From a virus (taxonomy: Duplodnaviria; Heunggongvirae; Uroviricota; Caudoviricetes; Schitoviridae), in IMG/VR virus record IMGVR_UViG_3300024257_000004: a DNA stretch of 64,000 nt; one strand, written 5' to 3'. The first letter of the stretch is position 1, and every line of letters starts with the position of its first letter. Of this stretch, positions 20,799 to 29,888 are shown in pieces. The notes beneath the pieces are model-generated. The model ran no database searches. It had not been told where the DNA came from and worked only from the letters and a program-made list of their open reading frames with translations. A program made the position numbers and the translations under genes.

Positions 20799-21995
20799 TT
20801 AATGTATATAGTCACTTACTGTGTCCAGTAATTTAGACTGATTAGCTAATACTTTAGTTTCTAGTAACTCTTTCTCTTTCTTAGTTAATTTGTGATTAGC
20901 TTCATTGTAATTACCTAAGAATTTCTCTATTAGGATTTGTTGTCCTGCTGTAATAGCTATACCCTCTTGAGATGACATAACAAATTTAATGTAAATCTGC
21001 CCTGATAAGTATCCGATAAAGTTCTGAGCTGTTACATCGTTACTATTGTGGTTAATTAAATCAATTAAATATGCCGCATCAGTTGGTGTATGGATATAGT
21101 TAACTATATAAGCCCATAGTACTTTATCAGTTTCCTTAAGCTGTGAGATTGATTGCATAGCTTGTGATTTAACTACGTTATCGAAGTCAATCTTATTGAT
21201 ATAAGTAACATGTTCATACAGCTTTTTAGATACGTCGTTAGATATTTTCATCCTAGCTAACATTTCTATGTTATCGTTTACAAACTCTGTAGAGTGTAAT
21301 CCGATTTCGTTAGCTAAGTACGTCCAAGACCTAGGAGATTCAAATTGTTCTAAGTCAGTAGATTCTGTACCAACTATGTCACCTTGATTAGCTTTTAAGT
21401 ACGATGCTACATAGTGATGTAATCTGTTACCAAAATTATCAAACCAGTAATTGAAATCGAAATCAATCTTCATAAGAGAGAACCTGTTCTTGATAGGAGC
21501 TTCTAGTCCTTCAAATCCTGCTTCTTCTGAATCATTCATTGCGCCCATGATGGCCACTTTAGACGATAATTTGTAATTACCTAGCTTACGCTCACCTAAT
21601 AGTGAATATAGGTAAGGCTCAACTGGTTTAGGAATTTTATGTAAATCGTCAAGGAATAAAATTGCCCCATTACCAGTTTCTGCTGCGTTATTACAGTTAG
21701 CTATAAGTTCAGGTACAGACCATTGAGTTGATTGAGAATCAGTTACACCTGCAGTAGAATACTTATCCATATTAGGCGCTGGTTTGAACGTAGGAATCCC
21801 TGATGCGGATTCAATAGTTGCCTCTGGTAATGAGATATGAATAACTGACATATTAAGTTCTTTACCTAATGCGTACATAGATTGTGTTTTACCGATTCCT
21901 GGAGGTCCTACTAGGCATACTCCGCCACCGATATCAGCTCCTGCAAGCTGACCTGAGATATTTGTTTTTAGTACTGTTGTAATTAATGGGTTCAT
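20799..21995 (-). CDS. AAA+ ATPase, MoxR/CobS-like (AAA_5)
   Basis: 398 aa with Walker A LVGPPGIGKTQ and Walker B ILFLDDLH, plus a sensor region. Confidence 0.7.
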   Translation of the reverse strand: MNPLITTVLKTNISGQLAGADIGGGVCLVGPPGIGKTQSMYALGKELNMSVIHISLPEATIESASGIPTFKPAPNMDKYSTAGVTDSQSTQWSVPELIANCNNAAETGNGAILFLDDLHKIPKPVEPYLYSLLGERKLGNYKLSSKVAIMGAMNDSEEAGFEGLEAPIKNRFSLMKIDFDFNYWFDNFGNRLHHYVASYLKANQGDIVGTESTDLEQFESPRSWTYLANEIGLHSTEFVNDNIEMLARMKISNDVSKKLYEHVTYINKIDFDNVVKSQAMQSISQLKETDKVLWAYIVNYIHTPTDAAYLIDLINHNSNDVTAQNFIGYLSGQIYIKFVMSSQEGIAITAGQQILIEKFLGNYNEANHKLTKKEKELLETKVLANQSKLLDTVSDYIH

Positions 21996-23104
21996 TATTG
22001 TTCCTTGTTTAGTTGTTTCATTGTTGTTTCATAAGCAGAAAACGCGTTGTCTGTAGATATTTTGTCACGTAACTCATCTGATACTAGACCACTGTTAAAG
22101 ACTTCTAGTAGTTGATCTCTAGCGGTAGTTAAGTAATATTTACCATTTGTGTTAGTACTTAAAAGGTAATTAAGTACTACTAGCTTATCCCTTAGCAGGT
22201 TAACCTCTCTATCGTCCAGTTTACTAGGTTTAGTTACACCACTAACGTACATGTAGTCAGTTGAATACACAGCTAGTATAGACGTAGATACCGGTAATTT
22301 GTGGTTACGTGCTACGGAGTTATAAAAGTCATTTGAAAATGCTATGTTATCGCATACATTATTATCATCAACATCCGCTAATGCAGTTTCATACCATATA
22401 TATTTAAAAGGTAAGTCTGATTGATTAGTGCAGTCTATTGATCTACAATCCCTAATAGTGCTAATAAGGTGATTAGTTTTTGTCCTAGCCTTATTCCAAA
22501 TTAGGTTCATGTATTTAACTTTAATGTCAAGTTCTGCTTGAGTGTAGTTATTATTTATATACGTTGATGGTAATATTTCTGACATGTAGTTAACCGCATC
22601 TACGCCTGTAATATACTTCTTCGACTTAAGAAAGTTTTCGAAAACTGTATAACTAAACATGTCAAGTTTGAGATTAGGTTTAGTAGCATTAAATTCTAGC
22701 TCTCTACGCCTAGATCGTTCTTTTTTAAGTACAGAGGTTGTTGCGTAGTCTTTAAGTTTGTCGTCAGGAATAGCTTTTATTATACCCTCAAGTTTACCGG
22801 AAAATCCCCATCCCCCTGGAGGATGTGTGATAAATTCCTTACAATAGTCTTCTGCTAAGTCGTAAACTGGCGTCTTGGCTGACTGTGTGATATTTAGCCA
22901 TACTCGGGAGCTACTTGCGTACACACCCATAACAAATAATTTAGTAGCCAAATCCGGTAATTTATCAAATTCTGCAGAGACTACGTGTTCTTTATGGTAG
23001 GATTGGTTATTATCATTAAATTCGTAAAATTCTTGTATTTGACTTGAGTTAGTGTTATTTACTACCCAGTTAGCTAGTTCTTGTACTGTTTCAAATTGTG
23101 CCAT
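21995..23104 (-). CDS. Hypothetical protein
   Basis: 369-aa ORF whose start overlaps the stop of the AAA+ gene (ATGA). Confidence 0.5.
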   Translation of the reverse strand: MAQFETVQELANWVVNNTNSSQIQEFYEFNDNNQSYHKEHVVSAEFDKLPDLATKLFVMGVYASSSRVWLNITQSAKTPVYDLAEDYCKEFITHPPGGWGFSGKLEGIIKAIPDDKLKDYATTSVLKKERSRRRELEFNATKPNLKLDMFSYTVFENFLKSKKYITGVDAVNYMSEILPSTYINNNYTQAELDIKVKYMNLIWNKARTKTNHLISTIRDCRSIDCTNQSDLPFKYIWYETALADVDDNNVCDNIAFSNDFYNSVARNHKLPVSTSILAVYSTDYMYVSGVTKPSKLDDREVNLLRDKLVVLNYLLSTNTNGKYYLTTARDQLLEVFNSGLVSDELRDKISTDNAFSAYETTMKQLNKEQ

Positions 23105-23243
23105 TATTCTGCTCCTGTAAAAAATAGTTTGATTGCTTGTTTCCAGTCAGTTACTGCTACTGGTGTATCGAAGTAGTTATCTGGATAATACATCCAATAA
23201 CTTACGTGCCATATGAACTTGCCGTGAATTCCATATATTGTAT

Positions 23244-23546
23244 TCATGAGTTATCCTCTGCAAAACCTGCTAAAACGAATGCAGCGTCCATTAGTTTTTG
23301 ACCGTAATTAGCTAATTGCCAAAAAACTAGCTGTTCTGCGCTATCCAAGTCAAAAGGCCTGTTACCACAAAAAGATAAGTAGTAGTCTTCGCTACCTATG
23401 TCCCATTTTGCTAGTGTATAACAGTACTCGCCCTCAGTAGACTGATTAGGCTCCCACTTAACTAATTCACAATACTCTACCTGGTTTGGTCCAATTGCGC
23501 GTGTTGTACGAAAACTAATGTTCCCAATTCTAGTTCCTTCATTCAT
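23244..23546 (-). CDS. Hypothetical protein
   Basis: 100-aa ORF. Confidence 0.45.
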   Translation of the reverse strand: MNEGTRIGNISFRTTRAIGPNQVEYCELVKWEPNQSTEGEYCYTLAKWDIGSEDYYLSFCGNRPFDLDSAEQLVFWQLANYGQKLMDAAFVLAGFAEDNS

Positions 23547-23916
23547 TGTTGTATCCTCCGTGCCATGGGCATGATTCTGTTATTATTCTGGTTTCAGTAA
23601 ATCCTACACGTTCTGCGTTATCCATTTTTGGACAAAGGCAACCGTTTAGCTCCATAGTGTACGTATGAAATGCTATATTTCTTGGAAAATTCCAATTATC
23701 TTGCAGTTTAAACTCAAGCTCTGTGATATTTTCCACTACAGTACGGTGAGATTTTGTAGTAGTAGGATTTGACTCTAGTAATATACCTAGTTCTTCATAC
23801 AGCTTATCTAATTCATATATTTGCTTGTAAGTTACTTTCTGTGCAGCCAACAGAGTTTCATTTAAGTTATACCTTTTTATTACTATTTGGGTAATTTTTT
23901 GCTCATGGTGTGTCAT
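23539..23916 (-). CDS. Hypothetical Cys-rich protein
   Basis: 125 aa with a C-terminal CLCP...CPWH, a possible zinc-binding motif. Confidence 0.45.
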   Translation of the reverse strand: MTHHEQKITQIVIKRYNLNETLLAAQKVTYKQIYELDKLYEELGILLESNPTTTKSHRTVVENITELEFKLQDNWNFPRNIAFHTYTMELNGCLCPKMDNAERVGFTETRIITESCPWHGGYNNE

Positions 23917-24077
23917 TGTTGTATCCTTGGTTGGTTGTAATAATTAAGCCTACATGGCTCTATAAATTCCGTGTTAAAAAAAAATAAATCAAACATACTA
24001 TTTTAAACTGCGTACTATGCAGATGGTTCTAGATTTTTGATAGGCTTAATTATTACAACAGAAGCTAATTAAAGCCT

Positions 24078-24680
24078 CTATTCTTTGATTTTGTTAAGTA
24101 GCCACCACTGCAGCAGCATACGAGTTGTACTGTCAGTATTAGTTACTTCATTCAGGAATGGAAATACGTCAATGTAGTCAAGTGAATACGCTTCGATATC
24201 TTCATCAGGTGATAGTTTCTGACCTATATAATCAGTATCAGCTACTTCACAGTAGAAATGGTGTGATTTGCTACCTTTGGTACCCACAGCATTAAGTGTA
24301 GTAGTGATAGGCACTAATCGTTTAATTGGTACTAGGTAACCTAGTTCCTCATGCATTTCTTCGATAGCCGTTTTCGGTATTCTGTAGTCATCTGTACAAG
24401 AACTGTACTTGTCTACAAGGCCTGCACAACATTCAATTACTTCTCCTGAGTGGTCTGATTGATTGATCAGAACAGGAATACGAATTTGCTTAACTAGTAA
24501 TAATTCATTATGATCGATATTATTAACTAAGATGTGAACAGTGTCATGTCCTGTCCCGACTTCCCATTGGTGCTGCTTGCCTAGTTTGTCACCTCTAGTG
24601 TAAGTAACTAGCTGAGCGTCTTTAGTCAAGAACTTAGGTTCAACTAACGGTTTTTGCTTGTGTATGAAAACTGGTTTCAT
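24078..24680 (-). CDS. Nudix hydrolase (ADP-ribose pyrophosphatase-like)
   Basis: 200 aa with the degenerate Nudix box G-x(n)-IPKTAIEEMHEELGY. It is adjacent to the Nampt and Nmnat genes. Confidence 0.5.
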   Translation of the reverse strand: MKPVFIHKQKPLVEPKFLTKDAQLVTYTRGDKLGKQHQWEVGTGHDTVHILVNNIDHNELLLVKQIRIPVLINQSDHSGEVIECCAGLVDKYSSCTDDYRIPKTAIEEMHEELGYLVPIKRLVPITTTLNAVGTKGSKSHHFYCEVADTDYIGQKLSPDEDIEAYSLDYIDVFPFLNEVTNTDSTTRMLLQWWLLNKIKE

Positions 24681-25022
24681 TTAATTCTCCTTATTCTCTA
24701 ATATCCATTGACATGCTTCGAATACTGCTTCTGATTCTGTATCTGCTAAAACTATTTCTTGTGGGTTTATTTTACCAGGTGAAGCTGTGCGATGATTTAC
24801 TTCACATGACGCGGATATTGCACCATGCCCTGAAAACAAAAAGTAATTCTTAGTATAAGCCCATTCTTTACATTTGTTAGCTAGTTCGTAGATGTTGATA
24901 TACCTATAATATAGCCTACTTCCTACTTTTTCAATATATTCAATCTCATTAGGCTGAAGCTGTTCGTCAATATCAAGTTTACAGCCTAATACTTCACTTA
25001 ATAATTCTTTAGATATTGGCAT
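24681..25022 (-). CDS. Hypothetical protein
   Basis: 113-aa ORF between the Nudix and Nampt genes. Confidence 0.45.
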   Translation of the reverse strand: MPISKELLSEVLGCKLDIDEQLQPNEIEYIEKVGSRLYYRYINIYELANKCKEWAYTKNYFLFSGHGAISASCEVNHRTASPGKINPQEIVLADTESEAVFEACQWILENKEN

Positions 25023-26467
25023 TAGTTACCCCAGTTTCTGATTTCAGCTAATGTTGTTTCTTTAAGCAGTTTACCATTCTCAAACACTACACTCAGTGCC
25101 TCTACGCAATGCATATTTGGTTGCTTACCAACAATTCCAGCGATGTATTCCTTAGTTTCAGTATCGAACCAAGTAGTTACTTTACCTTTCTTGGATGCTT
25201 TACCATGGTCCGTGATTGGGTCTTTGTAGACGTCTATGTCTTCATAAATGTATCCTGATTGACCATCTTTACAGATTGGGTCATCATACCGTCTAGTAAT
25301 AGAACTACATTTAATAGCAAACTTTTGAGTATCTCTATTAACATTCTGCATTAAATCACCACCTGAGCCAAATACAAAGTTTTCAGCAGCAAAAGGTTGT
25401 GTTGATGTTTGATCTGGTGCTGGAATTGTTTCATAAGTAGTAAATGTTTTAAGAATAGTTTCTATAGTGTGCGGTGTAATACCATCACCCCATAAAATAC
25501 CAAAGTTTGTTGAAAGTGCTTTGCCTTCTATATCTGTATCAAAACAATCATTGTTGACCATTATAGCTAACATTTGCTTGATGACATTAATAGGATGACC
25601 ACTATCAGGTCTTAAGACGAATTTCTGATTTGGTCTAGATTCGATTAGTTTTCTAATCCTAGAGTCTGGATGGGTACAGAATTCAGTGAATGCATATACG
25701 TCATAGCTATCTGCCACGAATGACATAATAGGCGCATCTGGGTTAGTTAATAATTGATCATATACAAATTGTTCTTCATTATCTCTACCATATGAAGTAG
25801 TTGAGCTGTGCTCAGTAGCAAATACTGAATATGACTCAGCGATGCCTGCTCCGTAAAATTCTTCACAGAAGTCTAATGAGTTGAAGTTATCAGTTCCCAT
25901 AAATTGTGTAGAGTGTGCAAATCCGCCGATAGCTGCAGCTTCAACAGAACTAGAACCTCTGTCTCCAAAATTGTGATATGCAAATTGTGCCCATTCAGGT
26001 GAACCGTATTTTTCTAACATTTGTTTAGCATAGTAAGATTTAGTGGCTATCGTAGTTGGATACCATAATTTCATAAGTATCGTTTCAGTAAAGCCTGCTA
26101 TCCATGGTACTTTAGGGTCTGTAGATTCAATAGTCATAAGTACATGTTTAGTTAGGACTAGCGATCCCTCATCAACTGCTTTGATCTTAATAGGTAAGTA
26201 ACCTAATTGCACGATATAAGACCAACCGTCATAATCAAATGGCACACCGTGCGCTTGACACCTGTCCCTAGTTTTATCTACTTCTTCTTGCGTAGGTATA
26301 CTCATTAAATACTGTTTAATATAGTATTGAAGTCCTACAAATACTGTTGCTGGGTATACACCACCTCTAGATTCCATGTAGTCATACATAGATACTGTAT
26401 TAGCTGGGTATTGGTTAGCATGGGAGTATTTGTAGCTATCGGCTAGGTTTAAGATGTTGTTTTTCAT
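25022..26467 (-). CDS. nadV: Nicotinamide phosphoribosyltransferase
   Basis: 481 aa. The N-terminus NILNLADSYKYSHANQYP...VFVGLQYYIKQYL closely matches NAMPT/NadV (NILLATDSYKVTHYKQYP...VFYGLQYILNKYL). Confidence 0.88.
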   Translation of the reverse strand: MKNNILNLADSYKYSHANQYPANTVSMYDYMESRGGVYPATVFVGLQYYIKQYLMSIPTQEEVDKTRDRCQAHGVPFDYDGWSYIVQLGYLPIKIKAVDEGSLVLTKHVLMTIESTDPKVPWIAGFTETILMKLWYPTTIATKSYYAKQMLEKYGSPEWAQFAYHNFGDRGSSSVEAAAIGGFAHSTQFMGTDNFNSLDFCEEFYGAGIAESYSVFATEHSSTTSYGRDNEEQFVYDQLLTNPDAPIMSFVADSYDVYAFTEFCTHPDSRIRKLIESRPNQKFVLRPDSGHPINVIKQMLAIMVNNDCFDTDIEGKALSTNFGILWGDGITPHTIETILKTFTTYETIPAPDQTSTQPFAAENFVFGSGGDLMQNVNRDTQKFAIKCSSITRRYDDPICKDGQSGYIYEDIDVYKDPITDHGKASKKGKVTTWFDTETKEYIAGIVGKQPNMHCVEALSVVFENGKLLKETTLAEIRNWGN

Positions 26468-26988
26468 TTGTTATCCTTTATATAATTATACACACTTGGG
26501 TGTAAATAGTGTTTGTTAGCTTCTAGGTCTTCTCTAATTAACTTCGCTCTAATCGGTATATCAGATATAGGTAAACTAGTTGTGTGTAAGCCGTCGATTT
26601 CGTACATCTTACAATATGACTCATCAAGATAATCTACACCCCTAAAAGTGAAGTTTTGTAGGTCTTCCAACTTTTCGTGCAGATAGATTGTTATTTCGTC
26701 CAAGTCTTCACTTATTTGTTCTTGTAGTGTTGACTTCAGTAATGAATACCATTCATCCCAGCAGTTTCTGTCTTCTATAGAAATTACTTTGATGTTTGGA
26801 TATACAAGGTTAATCATAGATGTACGATCCTCTACCGAGTAAGGGTTCTTTACATTGCATGATTCTTGCGCTGATCCAGCTAATATTACAGGCTCTAACC
26901 CGTCTGCGATAATGTGATCAATGATAGATTGATGACCGGTGTGAAAGGGCTGAAAACGCCCAAGAAAGACTCCATGTTTGCGTGGCAT
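26464..26988 (-). CDS. Nicotinamide-nucleotide adenylyltransferase (NMNAT, NadM-like)
   Basis: 174 aa with GVFLGRFQPFHTGH, the (H/T)xGH nucleotidyltransferase motif of NMNATs. Confidence 0.8.
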   Translation of the reverse strand: MPRKHGVFLGRFQPFHTGHQSIIDHIIADGLEPVILAGSAQESCNVKNPYSVEDRTSMINLVYPNIKVISIEDRNCWDEWYSLLKSTLQEQISEDLDEITIYLHEKLEDLQNFTFRGVDYLDESYCKMYEIDGLHTTSLPISDIPIRAKLIREDLEANKHYLHPSVYNYIKDNK

Positions 26989-26991
26989 TAG

Positions 26992-27441
26992 TTATCCTTT
27001 TACCGTAGTAGGTCTAGTTATTGGACCATAAATATCATATTTTTCTAGTACTTGACTATTCTCTTCAAAAGCCCATATACCCCCAATAATCTTCCTATCA
27101 CTTGTTTCACGAACAATTTCAATACGCTGACTATCAAATAGTTTAGACACACACCAATAGTACTCACCTATAATTAATTCATCATTTGATGTTACTTTGT
27201 TGTAGTGTGAATTATTCTTTTCTAATATCCACAACATATCATTTTCTTTGTTTTCTATATCATCCCATTTATCATCAATATTATCCCAATAAACATCACC
27301 TTGTGGAGTGTTTTTCCAGCTGAAAGCAGATGTGATAGAACAGCTAATATTTTCTAACCAATAATCATTATCATCTTCATCAAAGTTTTCTACAAACTCA
27401 TCATAACAATTATTATCTTTTAAAAATGTGCTTAGTTTCAT
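26992..27441 (-). CDS. Hypothetical protein
   Basis: 149-aa ORF. Confidence 0.45.
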   Translation of the reverse strand: MKLSTFLKDNNCYDEFVENFDEDDNDYWLENISCSITSAFSWKNTPQGDVYWDNIDDKWDDIENKENDMLWILEKNNSHYNKVTSNDELIIGEYYWCVSKLFDSQRIEIVRETSDRKIIGGIWAFEENSQVLEKYDIYGPITRPTTVKG

Positions 27442-27650
27442 TAGTTATCCTTTGGGTAATTGATACAGCGGTATACTGGTCGAAGTTGAGAACCTGATTT
27501 AGTGTAGTCATCCGTATATAAGTTTGGTACTTCAGTGCAATGCTGTTCAATAGCTGATGTATGGGCATTAGCCCTCTCGACAGCAAAGTATATTACTAAA
27601 CCTAATCCTACAAATATACTAAACAATGTTGCAGTAATTATGTTATCCAT
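27441..27650 (-). CDS. Small membrane protein (possible lysis accessory: holin, antiholin or spanin)
   Basis: 69 aa with one N-terminal transmembrane helix. It lies upstream of the endolysin cluster. Confidence 0.4.
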   Translation of the reverse strand: MDNIITATLFSIFVGLGLVIYFAVERANAHTSAIEQHCTEVPNLYTDDYTKSGSQLRPVYRCINYPKDN

Positions 27651-27868
27651 TAGTTATCCTTGTTGTACCATTCTTTGACTCTACTATATACCAGTTCCAG
27701 GGAGTCATTTGGTAACTTAGCTAATTCATTTCTGTGCCAAGTCCATTCGCTTTTAAAGCCTCCTGAATAAGATCCGCATTTCGATATTTCGTCTGTTGAC
27801 ATTGCATCATAGCTAGGACTATTACCGACTATTGCATCAATTAGCATTCTTCTATACGTATTGTCCAT
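27650..27868 (-). CDS. Hypothetical protein
   Basis: 72-aa ORF. Confidence 0.4.
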   Translation of the reverse strand: MDNTYRRMLIDAIVGNSPSYDAMSTDEISKCGSYSGGFKSEWTWHRNELAKLPNDSLELVYSRVKEWYNKDN

Positions 27869-28338
27869 TAGTTATCCTTGTGATTGCGCATCATATTATA
27901 CAAATAGACGCCTCTAGTTTTAGTTTGCTTGAACCAACGTGATGCTTTCATTTCCAATGCAGCCTTGACCCAATTTTGTCTAGATAGTTGTGTGTGCATC
28001 TTCTTGAAAGTGCTGAATCTACTAATACCCATATTATATACCATATCCTGTAGGATAGATTTAGGTACATAAGGTAAATTAGAGTACCAGGGAAATCGTC
28101 GATCTAGGTCCTGGTCAACTACGAATAGTCGTGACACTAGTAAGTACTCAGCTTCGGCTTTAGTTATGTAAGATAAATTAGTACCGTAGCCAATTGCATA
28201 TCCATTAGCATCTCTGTATACTGAAGATACGAATCCCTCATGGTCCTTGATAAGTTCAAGAGATAACTCAGTTGGGTTAGCTCGTAATTGAGTATATGTG
28301 ATAGCCAGGATAATACCTAGTATATAAAGTAGTTTCAT
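27868..28338 (-). CDS. SAR endolysin, T4-lysozyme-like glycoside hydrolase family 24
   Basis: 156 aa. An N-terminal hydrophobic SAR/signal segment (MKLLYILGIILAITYTQ) is followed by LIKDHEGFVSSVYRDANGYAIGYGT, matching the GH24 catalytic E...D...T region. Confidence 0.82.
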   Translation of the reverse strand: MKLLYILGIILAITYTQLRANPTELSLELIKDHEGFVSSVYRDANGYAIGYGTNLSYITKAEAEYLLVSRLFVVDQDLDRRFPWYSNLPYVPKSILQDMVYNMGISRFSTFKKMHTQLSRQNWVKAALEMKASRWFKQTKTRGVYLYNMMRNHKDN

Positions 28339-28359
28339 GTGATCTCCTTTGGTTGTACG

Positions 28360-28752
28360 TTATTCTGTACATTCCTCGAATAGTACACAGTCTTTCTTGT
28401 ATTTGCTCTCATACTTAGTGTTACACCAGTGGTTTAGTTTATTGTTAGCTTCGTAAAGTGCTACACCTACTATAGTTAACATAATAAAAATAACTGCAAT
28501 GAAGGCTGCAGCAATTAATCCTGTAAGTAAAATGTGAAATACCGGTAGTACGCTAAGTAGGGATAGGGAAGTTAATCCACTAAGAAACCATACTTGTACT
28601 TGTTGAGTAATTAGTCCAAACAAAAACACAGCTACACTTGTAGCTATAATTATTACAGTCCACGTAAAAAGTGGAACTATGTGTTTCTGGAATTTGTCTT
28701 TAGCACATTGTGATACGCAATATTGCTTTTTGTTGATCGGGTTTGTAAACAT
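28360..28752 (-). CDS. Membrane protein, candidate holin/pinholin
   Basis: 130 aa with about three transmembrane helices and a charged C-terminus. It is immediately upstream of the endolysin. Confidence 0.45.
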   Translation of the reverse strand: MFTNPINKKQYCVSQCAKDKFQKHIVPLFTWTVIIIATSVAVFLFGLITQQVQVWFLSGLTSLSLLSVLPVFHILLTGLIAAAFIAVIFIMLTIVGVALYEANNKLNHWCNTKYESKYKKDCVLFEECTE

Positions 28753-28783
28753 TAGTTGTCCTTGGTTATTGTATTGTTTTAGT

Positions 28784-28981
28784 TTAAGCGGTTATCTGTT
28801 CATCTCTATAAGCTTCGTAAGCCTTATCGTTGCATTCACTGATGAATTCCGTGTATCTGGTTTCTAACCATGCCCATTCCTCTTCAGGTTCGTCATTAGG
28901 ATGTAAGTTCTGAAAGTCGTTAAGGTATTCCTCGTACTCATCTGATCCGGTATTGTGATACCAAGTGTCATAGTCAAGCAT
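28784..28981 (-). CDS. Hypothetical acidic protein
   Basis: 65-aa ORF. Confidence 0.4.
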   Translation of the reverse strand: MLDYDTWYHNTGSDEYEEYLNDFQNLHPNDEPEEEWAWLETRYTEFISECNDKAYEAYRDEQITA

Positions 28982-28984
28982 TAG

Positions 28985-29182
28985 CTATACCAGTGCATAG
29001 AATACAGACACATGATAGATGTTAGCTGCCGATAGGTTAATATTAATATCCACTATGTCGATGTCCATAGTACTGCTTACCTGGAGATTTAGTTCTGATA
29101 GTATTTTTGACTCTAGGTCGATATTCTTATCAGTGTTGAAAGAAATAACTCCCCAGTTGTCGTTTTTACGGTATTTAATCAT
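28985..29182 (-). CDS. Hypothetical protein
   Basis: 65-aa ORF. Confidence 0.35.
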   Translation of the reverse strand: MIKYRKNDNWGVISFNTDKNIDLESKILSELNLQVSSTMDIDIVDININLSAANIYHVSVFYALV

Positions 29183-29185
29183 TAT

Positions 29186-29434
29186 TTATCCTTTGGTTCT
29201 ATATAATTTATTTTTATAAATAAATAGTTTTGTGTCTGGTTCAATATAACCACCAAGAGAGTCCACATAAAATAGGGTATCTTCTTGTCCTCTATACCCT
29301 TCAATATATTGCAGTGTTTCATTGGTTTTATTATCCACTAAAATTTTATGGAAGTTACCATCTTTGTTTGTCCCATTCCATGTTATATGCACTATATCTT
29401 TGCATAATAAGTTTTGTAAAAAATTTAACATCAA
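29186..29434 (-). CDS. Hypothetical protein
   Basis: 82-aa ORF. Confidence 0.4.
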   Translation of the reverse strand: MMLNFLQNLLCKDIVHITWNGTNKDGNFHKILVDNKTNETLQYIEGYRGQEDTLFYVDSLGGYIEPDTKLFIYKNKLYRTKG

Positions 29435-29780
29435 ATCTCCTTTAGTTATAAATTGTTTTTGAGACCGACATCAGTGTCGGCATCAAATCTACACACTAGA
29501 TCAGACTCCTACCAGAATTGCTCCGATATTGTCTGATCCATCTATAGACTGTTTTTAGTGTTTATGTGCCAGTCACACAATAAACTATGCTGATTTTCAA
29601 CTGAGCCATAATTGTTGTTACGGCAATCACTAACACTTCTAGGCCTTGCATCATAGCCTACCTTCGATACGACAAGTACAACAATACCCACCGAATTATG
29701 ATAGTTGTCTAAACACACAGTGAAACATTGCTTTAAGCCAGCAAACTCCACGATTTTATACTTATAGTGTGGCTCTTAAG

Positions 29781-29888
29781 TGGTGAACCTTTCAGGATTC
29801 GAACCTGAAACCGTGCAGGGTGGACCATCCATAATACGGGTAACGATCCCGGCCCCTCGCCTGCTCTACCAATTGAGCCTAAAGGTTC
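29781..29888 (-). ncRNA. tRNA-like element, 108 nt, with a GC-rich insertion in the anticodon region (noncanonical)
   Basis: The minus-strand RNA reads GAACCUU-UA-GGCUCAAUUGGUAGAGC...UCAGGUUCGAAUCCUGA-AAGGUUC-A-CCA. A perfect 7-bp acceptor stem, a D-arm, a T-arm (GGUUCGAAUCC) and an encoded CCA are all present. The region between the D- and T-arms is 54 nt instead of about 22, with internal hairpins (CGGG-AUCGUUA-CCCG) enclosed by a GCAGG/CCUGC helix. Confidence 0.5.

Noticed and set aside
29465-29480. Hairpin CCGACA-TCAG-TGTCGG as an intrinsic terminator
   Set aside because: It is followed by an A-rich tract on the minus transcript and no U-run on either strand. It is kept only as a possible RNA structure.
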